Source of the DNA: an uncultured Alphaproteobacteria bacterium
Lineage (GTDB): Bacteria; Pseudomonadota; Alphaproteobacteria; Rhizobiales; Xanthobacteraceae
Reading direction: 5' to 3'
NCBI GenBank assembly: GCA_963713785.1
Contig: CAVQNB010000001.1
Location: 108,191-172,190 of the forward strand
Length of the DNA stretch: 64,000 nucleotides
This document shows, one piece after another, positions 1 to 12,217 of the stretch. The stretch's first letter is position 1. Each line of letters begins with the position of its first letter. The notes beneath the pieces were generated by a model. The model saw only the letters and a program-made list of their open reading frames with translations, did no database searches and was not told where the DNA came from. The position numbers were made by a program, and so were the translations under genes.

Positions 1-255
1 CCGAATCTCTACGGCATCGTCGGCGACAAGAAGGGCGAGGGCCGCGGCTTCAACTTCTCGGCTGCGATGAAGGCCAAGGGCGGCAACTGGACCTATGACG
101 ACCTCAACAAGTTCATCGCCAATCCCAAGGGCTTTGTTCCGGGCACCGCGATGGGCTTTGCCGGTATCCCGAAGGACAGCGAGCGCGCCGACGTGATCGA
201 CTATCTGCACACGCTGTCGGATAGTCCGGTTCCGCTGCCGACCGCGGCGAAGTAG
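1..255 (+). CDS. cycM: Class I cytochrome c (CycM/c2-like), 5'-partial
   Basis: Frame 1 open from base 1: PNLYGIVG...NWTYDDLNKFIANPKGFVPGTAMGFAGI (c2-type C-terminal half with axial Met); CxxCH lies outside the window. Confidence 0.8.
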   Translation, partial: PNLYGIVGDKKGEGRGFNFSAAMKAKGGNWTYDDLNKFIANPKGFVPGTAMGFAGIPKDSERADVIDYLHTLSDSPVPLPTAAK

Positions 256-493
256 CCTGGCAAATTGCCTCGGCGCCGGACGATTTTCGTTCCAGACGGC
301 CAGGCATTGCCTGGCCGTTTTCGTATCGGTTGCTTTTTGAGCAGCCTCGCGGCCTTGTTATCGGGACCTTTCGCCGCACCGGCGGCCCGCGCGTGCTAGT
401 ATCATGAGGAAAAAGCAACATAATCGGTCGAACCGTTGCCTTATATTGCGTCCTCAATAACCATAGCCCCGTCAGCAACAGGAATTCTTCATT

Positions 494-2392
494 TTGGCAA
501 TTACCCGACGACACCTTCTGCAAGAGCGGCGCCTTTGCCGCGATCGCTCCCGGCGCTGGGGGCCCTCACAGCCGTCCCCGCGATCACGCCCGCCGCATGC
601 GCCAGGCCGAGCCGGCCTGGCGGCACGCGCTGTCGCTGTTCGGCGACATCAAATATCCCGCCGACTTCAAGCGCTTCGACTACGTCAATCCGGATGCGCC
701 CAAGGGCGGCGTCGCGCGCATGATCTCGATCGGCACGTTCGACAATTTCAACATCGCGGTGGCCGGCGTCAAGGGCTCGATCGCGCCGGCCGCGACGCAT
801 GATCTACGAGACGCTGATGACGCGGTCGCAGGACGAGATCGCGACCGAATACGGCCTGCTGGCAGAAGCGGCCTCTCATCCGGACGATTTCTCCTGGGTC
901 ATCTATCGGCTGCGCCAGGAAGCGCGCTGGCACGACGGCAAGCCGGTGACGCCGGAAGACGTGATCTTCTCGATCGAGGTGTTGAAGAAGTACAGCCCGA
1001 TGTACGCCTCGTATTACCGCCACGTCGTCAAGGCCGAGAAAGATCGGCGAGCGCGACATCAAGTTCACCTTCGATGGCCCGGGCAATCGCGAACTGCCGA
1101 CCATCGTCGGCGAATTGCCGGTATTGCCGAAGCACTAGTGGGAAGGCACCGACAGCGAAGGCAAAAAGCGCGACATCTCGGCGACCACGCTGGAGAAGCC
1201 GCTCGGCTCCGGTCCCTATCGGATCAAGGAATTCGTCGCCGGCCGATCGGTCGTGCTGGAGCGGGTCAAGGATTATTGGGGCGCCAACCGTGCCGGCGCA
1301 GGTCGGACACAACAATTTCGACGAGATGCGCTTCGAATTCTTCCGCGACAATCTGGTCGCGCTGGAAGCGTTCAAGGCCGATCAGGCCGACTGGATCACC
1401 GAGAACTCGGCCAAGCAATGGGCGACGGCCTATGACTTTCCGGCGGTCGCGGAAAAGCGCGTCTTCAAGGAAGAATTCCCGATCAACAATTCTGGCCGGA
1501 TGCAGGCCTTCGTCGTTCAATCTGCGCCGCGACCAGTTCAAGGACGCGCGGCTGCGCCGAGCCTTCAACTACGCCTTCGATTTCGAGGAGATGAACAAGC
1601 AGCTGTTCTACGGCGCAGTACAAGCGCATCAACAGCTACTTCGAAGGCACCGAGCTTGCGTCGTCCGGGATTGCCGCAAGGGCAGGAACTGCAGATCCTC
1701 GAGAGCCGTGCGCGACAAGGTGCCGGCCGAAGTCTTCACCACGCCCTATCAGAATCCGGTCGGCGGCAATCCCGAAGCCGTGCGCGCCAATCTGCGCGAG
1801 AGCGCGCGGCTGTTGAAGGAAGCAGGCTACGAGGTGCGCGACCGCAAGCTCGTCGATGCCGCCGGCAAGCCGGTCACCGTCGAGATTCTGGTTCAGGATC
1901 CATCCGCCGAGCGCATCGCGCTGTTCTACAAGCCGTCGCTGGAGCGCATCGGCGTCACCGCCTCGATCCGCGTCGTCGACGATGCGCAGTATCAGAACCG
2001 GCTGCGCAGTTTCGATTTCGACATCATTATCGATCAATGGGGACAGTCGCTGTCGCCCGGCAACGAGCAGCGCGAATTCTGGGGCTCGCAGACCGCCGAT
2101 CAGCCGGGCTCGAGAAACACCATCGGCATCAAGAATCCCGCGGTCGACGCGCTGATCGACCAGGTCATCTTCGCCAAGGATCGCGCCGGCCTGGTGGCCG
2201 CGACCCACGCGCTCGATCGCGTGCTGCTTGTGGAATTTCTACGTGGTGCCGCAATTCACCTACGGCTTTTCGCGCTACGCGCGCTGGGACCGCTTCAGCC
2301 ATGCCGAGCTGCCGAAATACGCGCGCTCCGGTCTGCCCTCGTTGTGGTGGTACGACGCCGAGAAGGCGGCCAGGATCGGCAAGCGCTCTTGA
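494..2392 (+). CDS. yejA: YejA-like peptide ABC substrate-binding protein, copy 1 (several indels and an in-frame TAG at 1136-1138, probably sequencing errors)
   Basis: TTG start, Tat motif ITRRHLL; HALSLFGDIKYPADFKRFDYVNPDAPKGG, ARWHDGKPVTPEDV and FKDARLRRAFNYAFDFE spread over three frames; upstream of yejBEF. Confidence 0.8.
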
Positions 2393-2406
2393 GGGATATT
2401 TCGCGC

Positions 2407-4295
2407 ATGGCGCTGCTCTCCCGCCGGCATGTGCTCGGTCTCGGTATCGGTGCGCTGAGCGCTATGCGATTTCGCTCCGCGCGCGCGGTAGACGCGGCCG
2501 GCGCCGAAGCGCCGGCATGGAATCGCACGGCATGTCGGTGTTCGGCGACCTGAAATATCCGGCCGACTTTCATCATTTCGACTACGTCAATCTCGACAGC
2601 GCCAAAAGGCGGCGTGTTTTCGTTCATCCCTCGGTCGCGCCTATAACCAGTCGTTTCAGACCTTCAACTCGCTCAACGCCTACATCCTCAAGGGCGAGGG
2701 CGCGCAGGGCATGGATATGACATTCGCGCCGCTGATGGCACGCGCCGCTGATGAGCCGGACGCGATGTATGGCCTCGCCGCGAAGTCGGTGCAGATCTCG
2801 GCGGACAAGCTGACCTATCGCTTCACCATGCGGCCGGAAGCGAGATTTCACGACGGCTCGAAGCTGACGGCGCATGACGCCGCCTTCTCGCTGACCGTCC
2901 TGAAGGAAAAAGGCCATCCGATCATCGTGGTGCAGTTGCGCGACATGGTGAAGGCCGAAGCGCTCGACGACGCCACACTGATCGTCACCTTCGCGCCGAA
3001 AAGCGCGCGCGCGACGTGCCGCTCTATGTCGCGAGCCTGCCGATCTTCTCCAGGGCCTATTACTCGGCGCATCCGTTCGACGAATCGAACCTGGATATCC
3101 CGCTGGGCTCGGGGCCCTACAAGGTCGGCAATTTCGAGGTCAACCGCTACGTCGAATTCGAGCGGGTCAAGGATTGGTGGGGCGGCCGACCTGCCGGTCA
3201 ACCGCGGCAGCTACAATTTCGACGTGGTGCGCTACGAGTTCTATCGCGACCGCGATGTCGCCTTCGAAGGCTTCACCGGCAAGAACTATCTGTTCCGCGA
3301 GGAGTTCACGGCGCGGGTCTGGAACGACGCGTTATGACTTTCCCGCCATCAAGGACGGCCGCGTCAAGCGCGAAACGCTGCCGGACGATACGCCGTCCGG
3401 CGCGCAGGGCTGGTTCATCAACACACGCCGTGACAAGTTCAGGGATCCGCGGGTGCGCGAGGCGCTGATCCACGCGTTCGATTTCGAATGGACCAACAAG
3501 ACCATCATGTATGGCGCCTATGCGCGCACCCATTCGCCGTTCCAGAATTCGGACATGATGGTGACCGGACCGCCATCGCCGGAAGAGCTGAAACTCTTGG
3601 AGCCGTTCCGCGGCCAGGTGCCGGACGAGGTATTCGGCGAGCCGTTCGTGCCGCCGGTCTCGGATGGTTCCGGGCAGGACCGCGCGCTGCTCCGCAAATC
3701 CGCGCAATTGCTGCAGGACGCGGGGCTCGTGATCAAGGACGGCAAGCGGCTGTTGCCGAATGGCGAGGTTTTCAGAATAGAATTTCTGGTCGATGAACCT
3801 TCGATCCAGCCGCATCACGCGCCCTACATCAAGAACCTCGGCGTGCTCGGGATCGAGGCTTCGTTGCGGGTCGTCGATCCCGTGCAATACCGCGCCCGGC
3901 TCGACGAATTCGATTTCGACATGACGATCGAGCGCTTTTCGATGTCGCCGACGCCGGGCGACAGCATGCGGCCGTTCTTCACCTCGCAGGCCGCCACGAC
4001 CAAGGGGTCGCATAATCTTGCCGGCATCGCCAATCCAGCGATCGACGCGCTGGTCGAAAAAATCATCGGCGCCGACAATCGTGCCGACCTGACGTTTGCC
4101 TGCCGCGCCTTCGACCGGGTGTTCCGCGCCGGGCGCTACTGGGTGCCGCAATGGTATGCGCACACGCACCGGCTGGCCTATTGGGACGTGTTCAGCCATC
4201 CGGAAAAGCCGCCGCGTTATGCCCAAGGCGTCGGCGCGCCGGAGAACTGGTGGTATGACGCCGCCAAGGCGGCCAAGCTCGAGCAGGCGAAATAG
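2407..4295 (+). CDS. yejA: YejA-like peptide ABC substrate-binding protein, copy 2 (frameshifted in 5' half)
   Basis: Tat signal MALLSRRHVLGLG; HGMSVFGDLKYPADFHHFDYVN, ARFHDGSKLTAHD, FRDPRVREALIHAFDFEW. Confidence 0.8.
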
Positions 4296-4298
4296 CCC

Positions 4299-5408
4299 AT
4301 GAGCGCTTACATCGCCCGCCGCATCTTGCTGATGTTCCCGACCTTGCTGGGCATCCTGTTCGTGTCCTTTGTCGTGGTGCAGTTTGCGCCGGGCGGGCCG
4401 GTGGAACGCGTGATCGCGCAGCTCAACGGCGCCGACACCGGCGCGAGCTCGCGGATATCAGGCGGCTCCGGCAGCGATTTCGGCAATCGCGGCCAGGTCG
4501 GGGCATCAGCGGACGCCGTCAGTTCGAAGTATCGCGGCGCGCAGGGCCTCGATCCCGATTTCATCAAGAGCCTGGAGAAGCAGTTCGGCTTCGACAAGCC
4601 GGCGCCGGAACGCTTCGCCCTGATGGTGTGGAATTTCGCGCGCTTCGATTTCGGCAAGAGTTATTTCCGCGACGTCAGCGTGCTGCAACTGATCAAGGAG
4701 AAGCTGCCGGTCTCGATGTCGCTCGGCATCTGGATGACGCTTTTGACCTATCTGATCTCGATCCCGCTCGGCATCCGCAAGGCCGTGCAGGACGGCTCGA
4801 GGTTCGACACCTGGACTTCGGCGGTGATCATCATCGGATTTGCGATCCCGGGATTCCTGTTCGCCATCCTTTTGATCATCCTGTTTGCCGGAGGATCGTT
4901 CTTCAACATCTTCCCGCTGCGCGGGCTGACCTCGGACGGCTGGTCGCAATTTCCCTGGTACCTGAAGATCCTCGATTATTTCTGGCATCTGACATTGCCG
5001 CTGATTTCGATGGGGCTGGGCGCGTTCGCCACCATGACGCTGCTCACGAAAAACTCGTTCCTCGACGAGATCCGCAAGCAATATGTGATGACGGCGCGCG
5101 CCAAGGGCTGCAGCGAGCTCCAGGTGCTGTATAATCACATCTTCCGCAACGCGATGCTGATCGTGATTGCCGGCTTCCCCGGCGCGTTCATCCACGCCTT
5201 CTTCTCCGGCTCGCTTTTGATCGAAACCATCTTTTCGCTCGACGGGCTCGGCCTGCTGTCTTTCGAGAGCGTGCTCAATCGCGACTATCCGGTGGTGTTC
5301 GGTACGCTGTACATCTTTTCGCTGCTCGGCCTCGTGGTCAACCTGATCTCCGACCTCGCTTACATGTGGATCGATCCAAGAATCGATTTCGAGGCACGGG
5401 AGGTCTGA
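4299..5408 (+). CDS. yejB: Peptide ABC transporter permease YejB
   Basis: MSAYIARRILLMFPTLLGI...VQFAPGGPVE; EAA-like loop YVMTARAKG; IDPRIDFE terminus. Confidence 0.93.
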   Translation: MSAYIARRILLMFPTLLGILFVSFVVVQFAPGGPVERVIAQLNGADTGASSRISGGSGSDFGNRGQVGASADAVSSKYRGAQGLDPDFIKSLEKQFGFDKPAPERFALMVWNFARFDFGKSYFRDVSVLQLIKEKLPVSMSLGIWMTLLTYLISIPLGIRKAVQDGSRFDTWTSAVIIIGFAIPGFLFAILLIILFAGGSFFNIFPLRGLTSDGWSQFPWYLKILDYFWHLTLPLISMGLGAFATMTLLTKNSFLDEIRKQYVMTARAKGCSELQVLYNHIFRNAMLIVIAGFPGAFIHAFFSGSLLIETIFSLDGLGLLSFESVLNRDYPVVFGTLYIFSLLGLVVNLISDLAYMWIDPRIDFEAREV

Positions 5409-6583
5409 TGACAATCACCGCGCCGCCGATCGAAACCAAGACGCAGTCGCCGCTCGGCGAAGTCGTGCCGATCACGCGTCATGCGTTCGAGCCCTCGCCG
5501 CTGAACCGCCGGCGCTGGCAAAACTTCAAGTCGAACCGCAGGGGTTACTGGTCACTGTGGATCTTTACGATCCTGTTCGTGGTCTCGTTGTTTGCCGAAC
5601 TGATCGCCAACGACCGGCCGTTCCTGATCAAGTTCGACGGCCATCTCTACTGGCCGGCCTTCGTCACCTATTCCGAGACTACCTTCGGCGGCGATTTCGA
5701 GACCGCGGCCGATTATCGCGATCCCTATTTGCAAAAGCTGATCGCGGACAAGGGCGGCACCATCGTCTGGCCCTTGATCCGCTATTCCTACGATACCCAT
5801 AACCTCGATCTGCCGACGCCGGCGCCGTCGAAGCCGACCTGGATGCTGACGGAAGCCGAGTGCAAGGAAGTGGTGGTCAAGAAGCACCTCAATAGCTGCC
5901 GCGACCTCGAATATAACTGGCTCGGCACCGACGATCAGGGCCGCGACGTGGTCGCGCGGCTGATCTACGGCTTCCGCATCTCGGTGCTGTTCGGCCTCAG
6001 CCTGACCATCATCTCCTCGATCATCGGGGTCGCCGCCGGCGGCGTGCAGGGCTATTTCGGCGGCTGGGTCGATTTGGGCTTTCAGCGCTTCATCGAGATC
6101 TGGACCGCGATCCCCTCGCTCTATCTGCTGTTGATCCTCTCGTCCGTGCTGGTGCCCGGCTTCTTCGTTCTGCTCGGCATTCTCCTGCTGTTCTCTTGGG
6201 TCTCGCTGGTCGGCCTGGTGCGCGCGGAATTCTTGCGCGGCCGCAATTTCGAATACATCCAGGCGGCGCGCGCGCTCGGGGTTTCCAACGCCGTGATCAT
6301 GTTCCGCCATCTGTTGCCGAACGCGATGGTGGCGACCATGACCTTCCTGCCCTTCATCGTATCGTCATCGGTGATGACGCTGACGGCGCTCGACTTCCTG
6401 GGCTTCGGCCTGCCGCCGGGATCGCCCTCGCTCGGCGAGTTGCTGTCGCAGGGCAAATCCAACGTGCAGGCGCCCTGGCTCGGCTTCACCGGCTTCTTCT
6501 CGGTCGCGATCATGCTGTCGCTGTTGATCTTCATCGGCGAAGCGGTGCGCGACGCCTTCGATCCGCGCAAGACCTTCAGATAG
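5408..6583 (+). CDS. yejE: Peptide ABC transporter permease YejE
   Basis: PLNRRRWQNFKSNRRGYWSL, WLGTDDQGRDVVARLIYGFRIS, EYIQAARALG, DAFDPRK; TGATG overlap with yejB. Confidence 0.93.
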   Translation: MTITAPPIETKTQSPLGEVVPITRHAFEPSPLNRRRWQNFKSNRRGYWSLWIFTILFVVSLFAELIANDRPFLIKFDGHLYWPAFVTYSETTFGGDFETAADYRDPYLQKLIADKGGTIVWPLIRYSYDTHNLDLPTPAPSKPTWMLTEAECKEVVVKKHLNSCRDLEYNWLGTDDQGRDVVARLIYGFRISVLFGLSLTIISSIIGVAAGGVQGYFGGWVDLGFQRFIEIWTAIPSLYLLLILSSVLVPGFFVLLGILLLFSWVSLVGLVRAEFLRGRNFEYIQAARALGVSNAVIMFRHLLPNAMVATMTFLPFIVSSSVMTLTALDFLGFGLPPGSPSLGELLSQGKSNVQAPWLGFTGFFSVAIMLSLLIFIGEAVRDAFDPRKTFR

Positions 6584-6591
6584 AAGCGCAC

Positions 6592-8229
<1,638 letters not shown>

Positions 8230-8248
8230 GCCTTGATCTTGACGCGTT

Positions 8249-9095
8249 CTAAGTCAGCCCCTTGATCGCGGTCACCTCGAGGCCTCCGGCCTTGATGCGC
8301 GCGATGGCATCGGAAGTTGGCTCGATCACGGTCGCCATCTGATAGGCGTTGGCGTGGACGATGGTCAGCGCGTCGCGCGCGATCGCGACATGGCCTTTCC
8401 AGAAGATCAGGTCGCCGCGCTGCAGGTTCTTTGATTCCGCGGCATCGAGCGGCCGACCAAGGCCATCTTGCTGCATGTCGCTATCGCGCGGGCAACTGAT
8501 ACCGGTGGCATTCAGCGCGATCTGCACGAGGCCCGAGCAATCGATGCCGAAGCTGGTTTTGCCGCCCCACAGATAGGGCGTGCCGACGAAGCGTTCGGCA
8601 ACCGTGACGAAATCCGGCTCGCGCTGGTCGAGGCCGGCAAGGTGCGGCTTCGGCAGATACCAGCCTTCGCGGGTGACGGCGAAGGTGTCGTCTTCGCGCA
8701 ACACCGTCACCATCGCGCCCATCGGAAGCGTCTCGGCGGGCGGCAGTTTGATCGACGGGCCTGGAAAGGCGAACGTCCTGATGGCGGTGACCTTGTGGGT
8801 CGGAGGGGCGGCCGGCTTTGCCAGTGCGGAATCCGGTAGCCACCCGACATAGCGATCGCTGTCCAGTTGGCCCCACGCAAAACCTTCGCCGTTGCGGTCA
8901 TAGACCGTGACGCGTTCGCCTTTCAGGGCCTGTGTCAGCAGCGCGGCATCGGTCGACGGCGCGTCGCGCAACGGCGCGATGGCCGCTACCACTTCGAACG
9001 GTCTGGCCTTCGACAAAGCGGTCGGCTTTCACCTTGCCTTCGAGATATTTGGCGGCGATGTCGCCGCGCGCCGGCGTCAGGCGTGGATCATCCAT
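8249..9095 (-). CDS. NlpC/P60 (C40) peptidase with N-terminal SH3-like region; one indel near 9010
   Basis: GTPYLWGG...GIDCSGLVQ...GDLIFWKGHV catalytic motifs; N-terminus MDDPRLTPARGDIAA in the adjacent frame, overlapping the pepA stop. Confidence 0.88.
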
Positions 9096-10470
9096 AGCGC
9101 TCACCCAGAAGTTTGAAGATCGCTCGCGCAGCCTGGCATTCGCCGCCTTCGGGCCGCGCCGGCTTGGCCTGCGGCGTCCAGCCATAGATATCGACATGCA
9201 GCCAGCTCTTGGCGTGCTCGACGAAGCGCTGCAGGAACAGCGCGCAGGTGATCGACCCCGCGAATGTCCCCGACGGCGCGTTATTGATGGTGGCGACCTT
9301 GGAGTCGAGCCAGCTATCGTAAGGCGGCCACAACGGCATTCGCCACAACGGATCGTTCTCCCCTTTCGCGCATCGCGCGACGTCAAGCGCCAGCGTCTCA
9401 TCATTGGTGTAAAAGGGCGGTAAATCCGGCCCCAACGCCACCCGTGCGGCGCCGGTCAGCGTCCCCATATCGACCAGCAGCTCCGGCTTTTCCTCGTCGG
9501 CGAGCGCCAGCGCATCGGCCAGAACCAGCCGGCCCTCCGCATCGGTATTGCCGATTTCGACGGTCAAGCCCTTGCGCGATGCGAAGATATCGAGCGGGCG
9601 GAACGCATTGCCGGCGACCGCATTCTCGACCGCCGGGATCAGGACCCGCAAGCGCAGCTTGAGCTTGGCGTCCATCACCATCTGCGCCAGCGCCAGCACA
9701 TTGGCCGCACCACCCATGTCCTTCTTCATGATCAGCATGCCGGCCGACGGTTTTAAGTCGAGCCCGCCGGTGTCGAAGCAGACGCCCTTGCCGACCAGCG
9801 TCACCTTCGGGTGCGCGCCATCGCCCCAGACCAACTCGATCAGGCGCGGCGCGCGGGTCGACGCCATGCCGACGGCGTGAATCAGCGGGAAATTCTGCTT
9901 CTTGAGATCCTCGCCTACGATGCAGTTGAAGCTCGCGCCAAACCGCGTCGCGAGCCGCTCGGCCGCCCGCGCCAGTTCCTCCGGCCCCATGTCGTTGGAC
10001 GGCGTATTGATGAGATCGCGGGCAAGCCAAGCCGCATCAGCCATCCGCGTGATTTCCGCGGCGTCGATCCCTTCCGGCGGCACCAGCCTGACGTCAGGCG
10101 TATCCGCCTTGCGGTAGCGGTCGAAGCGATAGCTGCCGAGCGCAAAAGCTAGCGCGGCAAGGCGGATGTCGTGCGGCGCATTGGCAAAACGATAGATGCC
10201 CGGCGGCAGCAGGCCGGGCAGTGCGCCCGGCCTGAACAGGTCGCAGGATTTGCCATTCGCATCCTCGAGGCCAAACAGCACTTGCGCGATTTTTCCGTCG
10301 GGGGCCGGCAGCGTCAAGCGCGCGCCGGGCTTGGCGGTAAAGCCGTTACTGGACGCGAATTGCCGCCCCTCGGTCGGCAATTCTGCGCTGATCGCATCCC
10401 ATGTCGATTTGGTCGCAAAGGTTATGGGAATGGCCGATGTGGCAGGCGCAGTCTCAAACACCGAAGGCAT
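9088..10470 (-). CDS. Leucyl aminopeptidase, M17 family
   Basis: VGKGVCFDTGGLDLK, MKKDMGGAA, NTDAEGRLVLADAL, WLHVDI. Confidence 0.95.
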   Translation of the reverse strand: MPSVFETAPATSAIPITFATKSTWDAISAELPTEGRQFASSNGFTAKPGARLTLPAPDGKIAQVLFGLEDANGKSCDLFRPGALPGLLPPGIYRFANAPHDIRLAALAFALGSYRFDRYRKADTPDVRLVPPEGIDAAEITRMADAAWLARDLINTPSNDMGPEELARAAERLATRFGASFNCIVGEDLKKQNFPLIHAVGMASTRAPRLIELVWGDGAHPKVTLVGKGVCFDTGGLDLKPSAGMLIMKKDMGGAANVLALAQMVMDAKLKLRLRVLIPAVENAVAGNAFRPLDIFASRKGLTVEIGNTDAEGRLVLADALALADEEKPELLVDMGTLTGAARVALGPDLPPFYTNDETLALDVARCAKGENDPLWRMPLWPPYDSWLDSKVATINNAPSGTFAGSITCALFLQRFVEHAKSWLHVDIYGWTPQAKPARPEGGECQAARAIFKLLGERYG

Positions 10471-10604
10471 GTTGCTCGTCTTCTTCGTTACGTGGATAGG
10501 GCGGACAACCAGACTTCGCAAAGTTTTTGCGCGGCCGCAATCGCCTCGAACGCGTCGCGACGCCCCGCCCCTACACGGCGCCACAGGATCATGCTAGGTT
10601 GGAA

Positions 10605-10664
10605 GATATCAGACTTGATGTCAGATTTGCGATCGGACTTGATATCAGACTTGATATCAGACTT
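10605..10664. repeat. Five tandem 12-bp units, consensus GATATCAGACTT
   Basis: gatatcagactt/gatgtcagattt/gcgatcggactt/gatatcagactt/gatatcagactt read directly. Confidence 0.9.
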
Positions 10665-10675
10665 GGGAGGGTCAG

Positions 10676-10900
10676 ATGGCCAGGAAAACGAATAAGAAAG
10701 CGAAGAGTTTGGACGGCCGGCATCGCGATACGACCGGCCGCATCGACAAGAAGCATGGCAACACCCGCGTCGGCGCGTTGCGCAAGACCTATGGCGAGCA
10801 TTTTGCCAGCGGCCGCCGCAAGGACATGATGCTCAGGACCTTGCTCGCCGAGACCGGCACGGAATCGCTCCACGCTTACTTGCGCAAGCATCACAAATGA
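10676..10900 (+). CDS. Small basic hypothetical protein (74 aa)
   Basis: GGGAGG RBS upstream; GC3-rich codons; Lys/Arg/His-rich. Confidence 0.75.
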   Translation: MARKTNKKAKSLDGRHRDTTGRIDKKHGNTRVGALRKTYGEHFASGRRKDMMLRTLLAETGTESLHAYLRKHHK

Positions 10901-10972
10901 GCGAGCGCGGGACTATCCCGCCGACGCCGGTCCTCTAGAAATCAAAAGTCATTGTCTCCAGCGGGGGATGCG

Positions 10973-11176
10973 ATGGACGCTGTGTTGGGTATTTTTGTTT
11001 TCATCGGTCACGCGATCGAGGCGGTGCTGGTCTATATCGAGACGCACCACTGGATTTTCGGATTTCTTGCCGGCGGCTATATTTTCTATCTTCACGACCG
11101 TGGCCTGCACGCGCGTTTTGATGCGGTCGACAAGCGGCTCGACGAAATCCGCAAGCGGCTGGCGATCGAATATTGA
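10973..11176 (+). CDS. Small membrane protein (67 aa)
   Basis: GGGGG purine tract before ATG; two hydrophobic segments then a coiled-coil-like tail RFDAVDKRLDEIRKRL. Confidence 0.55.
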   Translation: MDAVLGIFVFIGHAIEAVLVYIETHHWIFGFLAGGYIFYLHDRGLHARFDAVDKRLDEIRKRLAIEY

Positions 11177-11253
11177 TGCGAGGATGGGCCGTCGCATTCG
11201 CGGGGCTGATCGGCGCGGCGGCCGGGACCGTGGGGCGCTGCCCAAGTGGCAAA

Positions 11254-11275
11254 TTAACCGGGCGTTAGGGTTAAC
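11254..11275 (+). promoter_or_regulatory. CtrA-like box upstream of tadD
   Basis: TTAA-CCGGGCG-TTAG followed by GGTTAAC; consensus TTAA-N7-TTAA. Confidence 0.5.
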
Positions 11276-11326
11276 AGTCTATTGCTGGCGCGTTCGGCTC
11301 GATCATCCGCCCGTGAGTCCCCTGCC

Positions 11327-12148
11327 ATGCGTCTTCAGTCCGGTCTTGTCAGGACAGGTCTTGCCCGGTTCCTTGCATCCGCGGCCGTGACGGCGATTTT
11401 GGCCGCCGGCCTTGGCGGCTGCCAGACCATGTCCGACATCACCGGATCAATCACGGCCAAGCCCGAGACATCGGCCAACGCCGATCCGCAGCGCTCGACC
11501 GAAATCATCGGCGATCGCTACCGCGAAAATCCCAAGGATGCCGACGCTGCGCTCGCCTACGGCCAGGCGCTGCGTGCCAATGGGCAGCGCGCGCAGGCCG
11601 CAGCCGTGCTCGAGCAGGCGACCATCGCCCATCCCGGCAACAAGGCGCTGCTCGCGGCGTGGGGCCGGGCGCTGGCCGACAACGGCAATTTCCAGCAGGC
11701 ATTCGACGTCTTGAGCCGCGCCCACTCGCCCGACAATCCGGATTGGCGGATTCTCTCGGTGCAGGGCACCGCGCTCGATCAGCTCGGCCGCCATGAGGAG
11801 GCGCGGGGCTATTACGCCAGCGCGCTGAAGATCGTTCCGGGCGAGCCGTCGGTGCTTTCCAATCTCGGACTGTCCTATATGCTGACGCGCGACCTGCCGA
11901 AGGCGGAGCAGACACTGCGCCAGGCCTATGCCAGCCCGCGGGCCGACGCGCGGGTGCGGCAGAATCTCGGCCTCGTGGTCGGCCTGCAGGGCCGCTTTGC
12001 CGAGGCCGAAACCATCGTCAAGGCCGACCTGCCGCCGGAAGAAGCCGCCGCCAACGTCACCTATCTGAAAGACATGTTGAACCGGAAGGACAGTCCGCGC
12101 GCCGGCCGCGGCACGATCCCGGTAGCAGCCCTCAACCAGAAAGACTGA
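11327..12148 (+). CDS. tadD: TPR lipoprotein, TadD/CpaO-like pilotin
   Basis: Lipobox LGGC; TPR-like repeats; VLSNLGLSY, RVRQNLGLVVGLQGRF; convergent with tadC. Confidence 0.8.
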   Translation: MRLQSGLVRTGLARFLASAAVTAILAAGLGGCQTMSDITGSITAKPETSANADPQRSTEIIGDRYRENPKDADAALAYGQALRANGQRAQAAAVLEQATIAHPGNKALLAAWGRALADNGNFQQAFDVLSRAHSPDNPDWRILSVQGTALDQLGRHEEARGYYASALKIVPGEPSVLSNLGLSYMLTRDLPKAEQTLRQAYASPRADARVRQNLGLVVGLQGRFAEAETIVKADLPPEEAAANVTYLKDMLNRKDSPRAGRGTIPVAALNQKD

Positions 12149-12217
12149 TCGGTTCAGTCAAGGTCCCATAGGATGGGTCGAGGCGGGCGATGACGACCTT
12201 CAATCGCGCCGTTCGCC

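Noticed and set aside
494-3330. yejA copies as pseudogenes, or TAG at 1136-1138 as recoded
   Set aside because: Dense single-base indels with otherwise intact motifs and codon bias match low-coverage long-read error; no recoding signals seen.
10605-10664. CRISPR array
   Set aside because: 12-bp units in direct tandem with no spacers and no cas genes.
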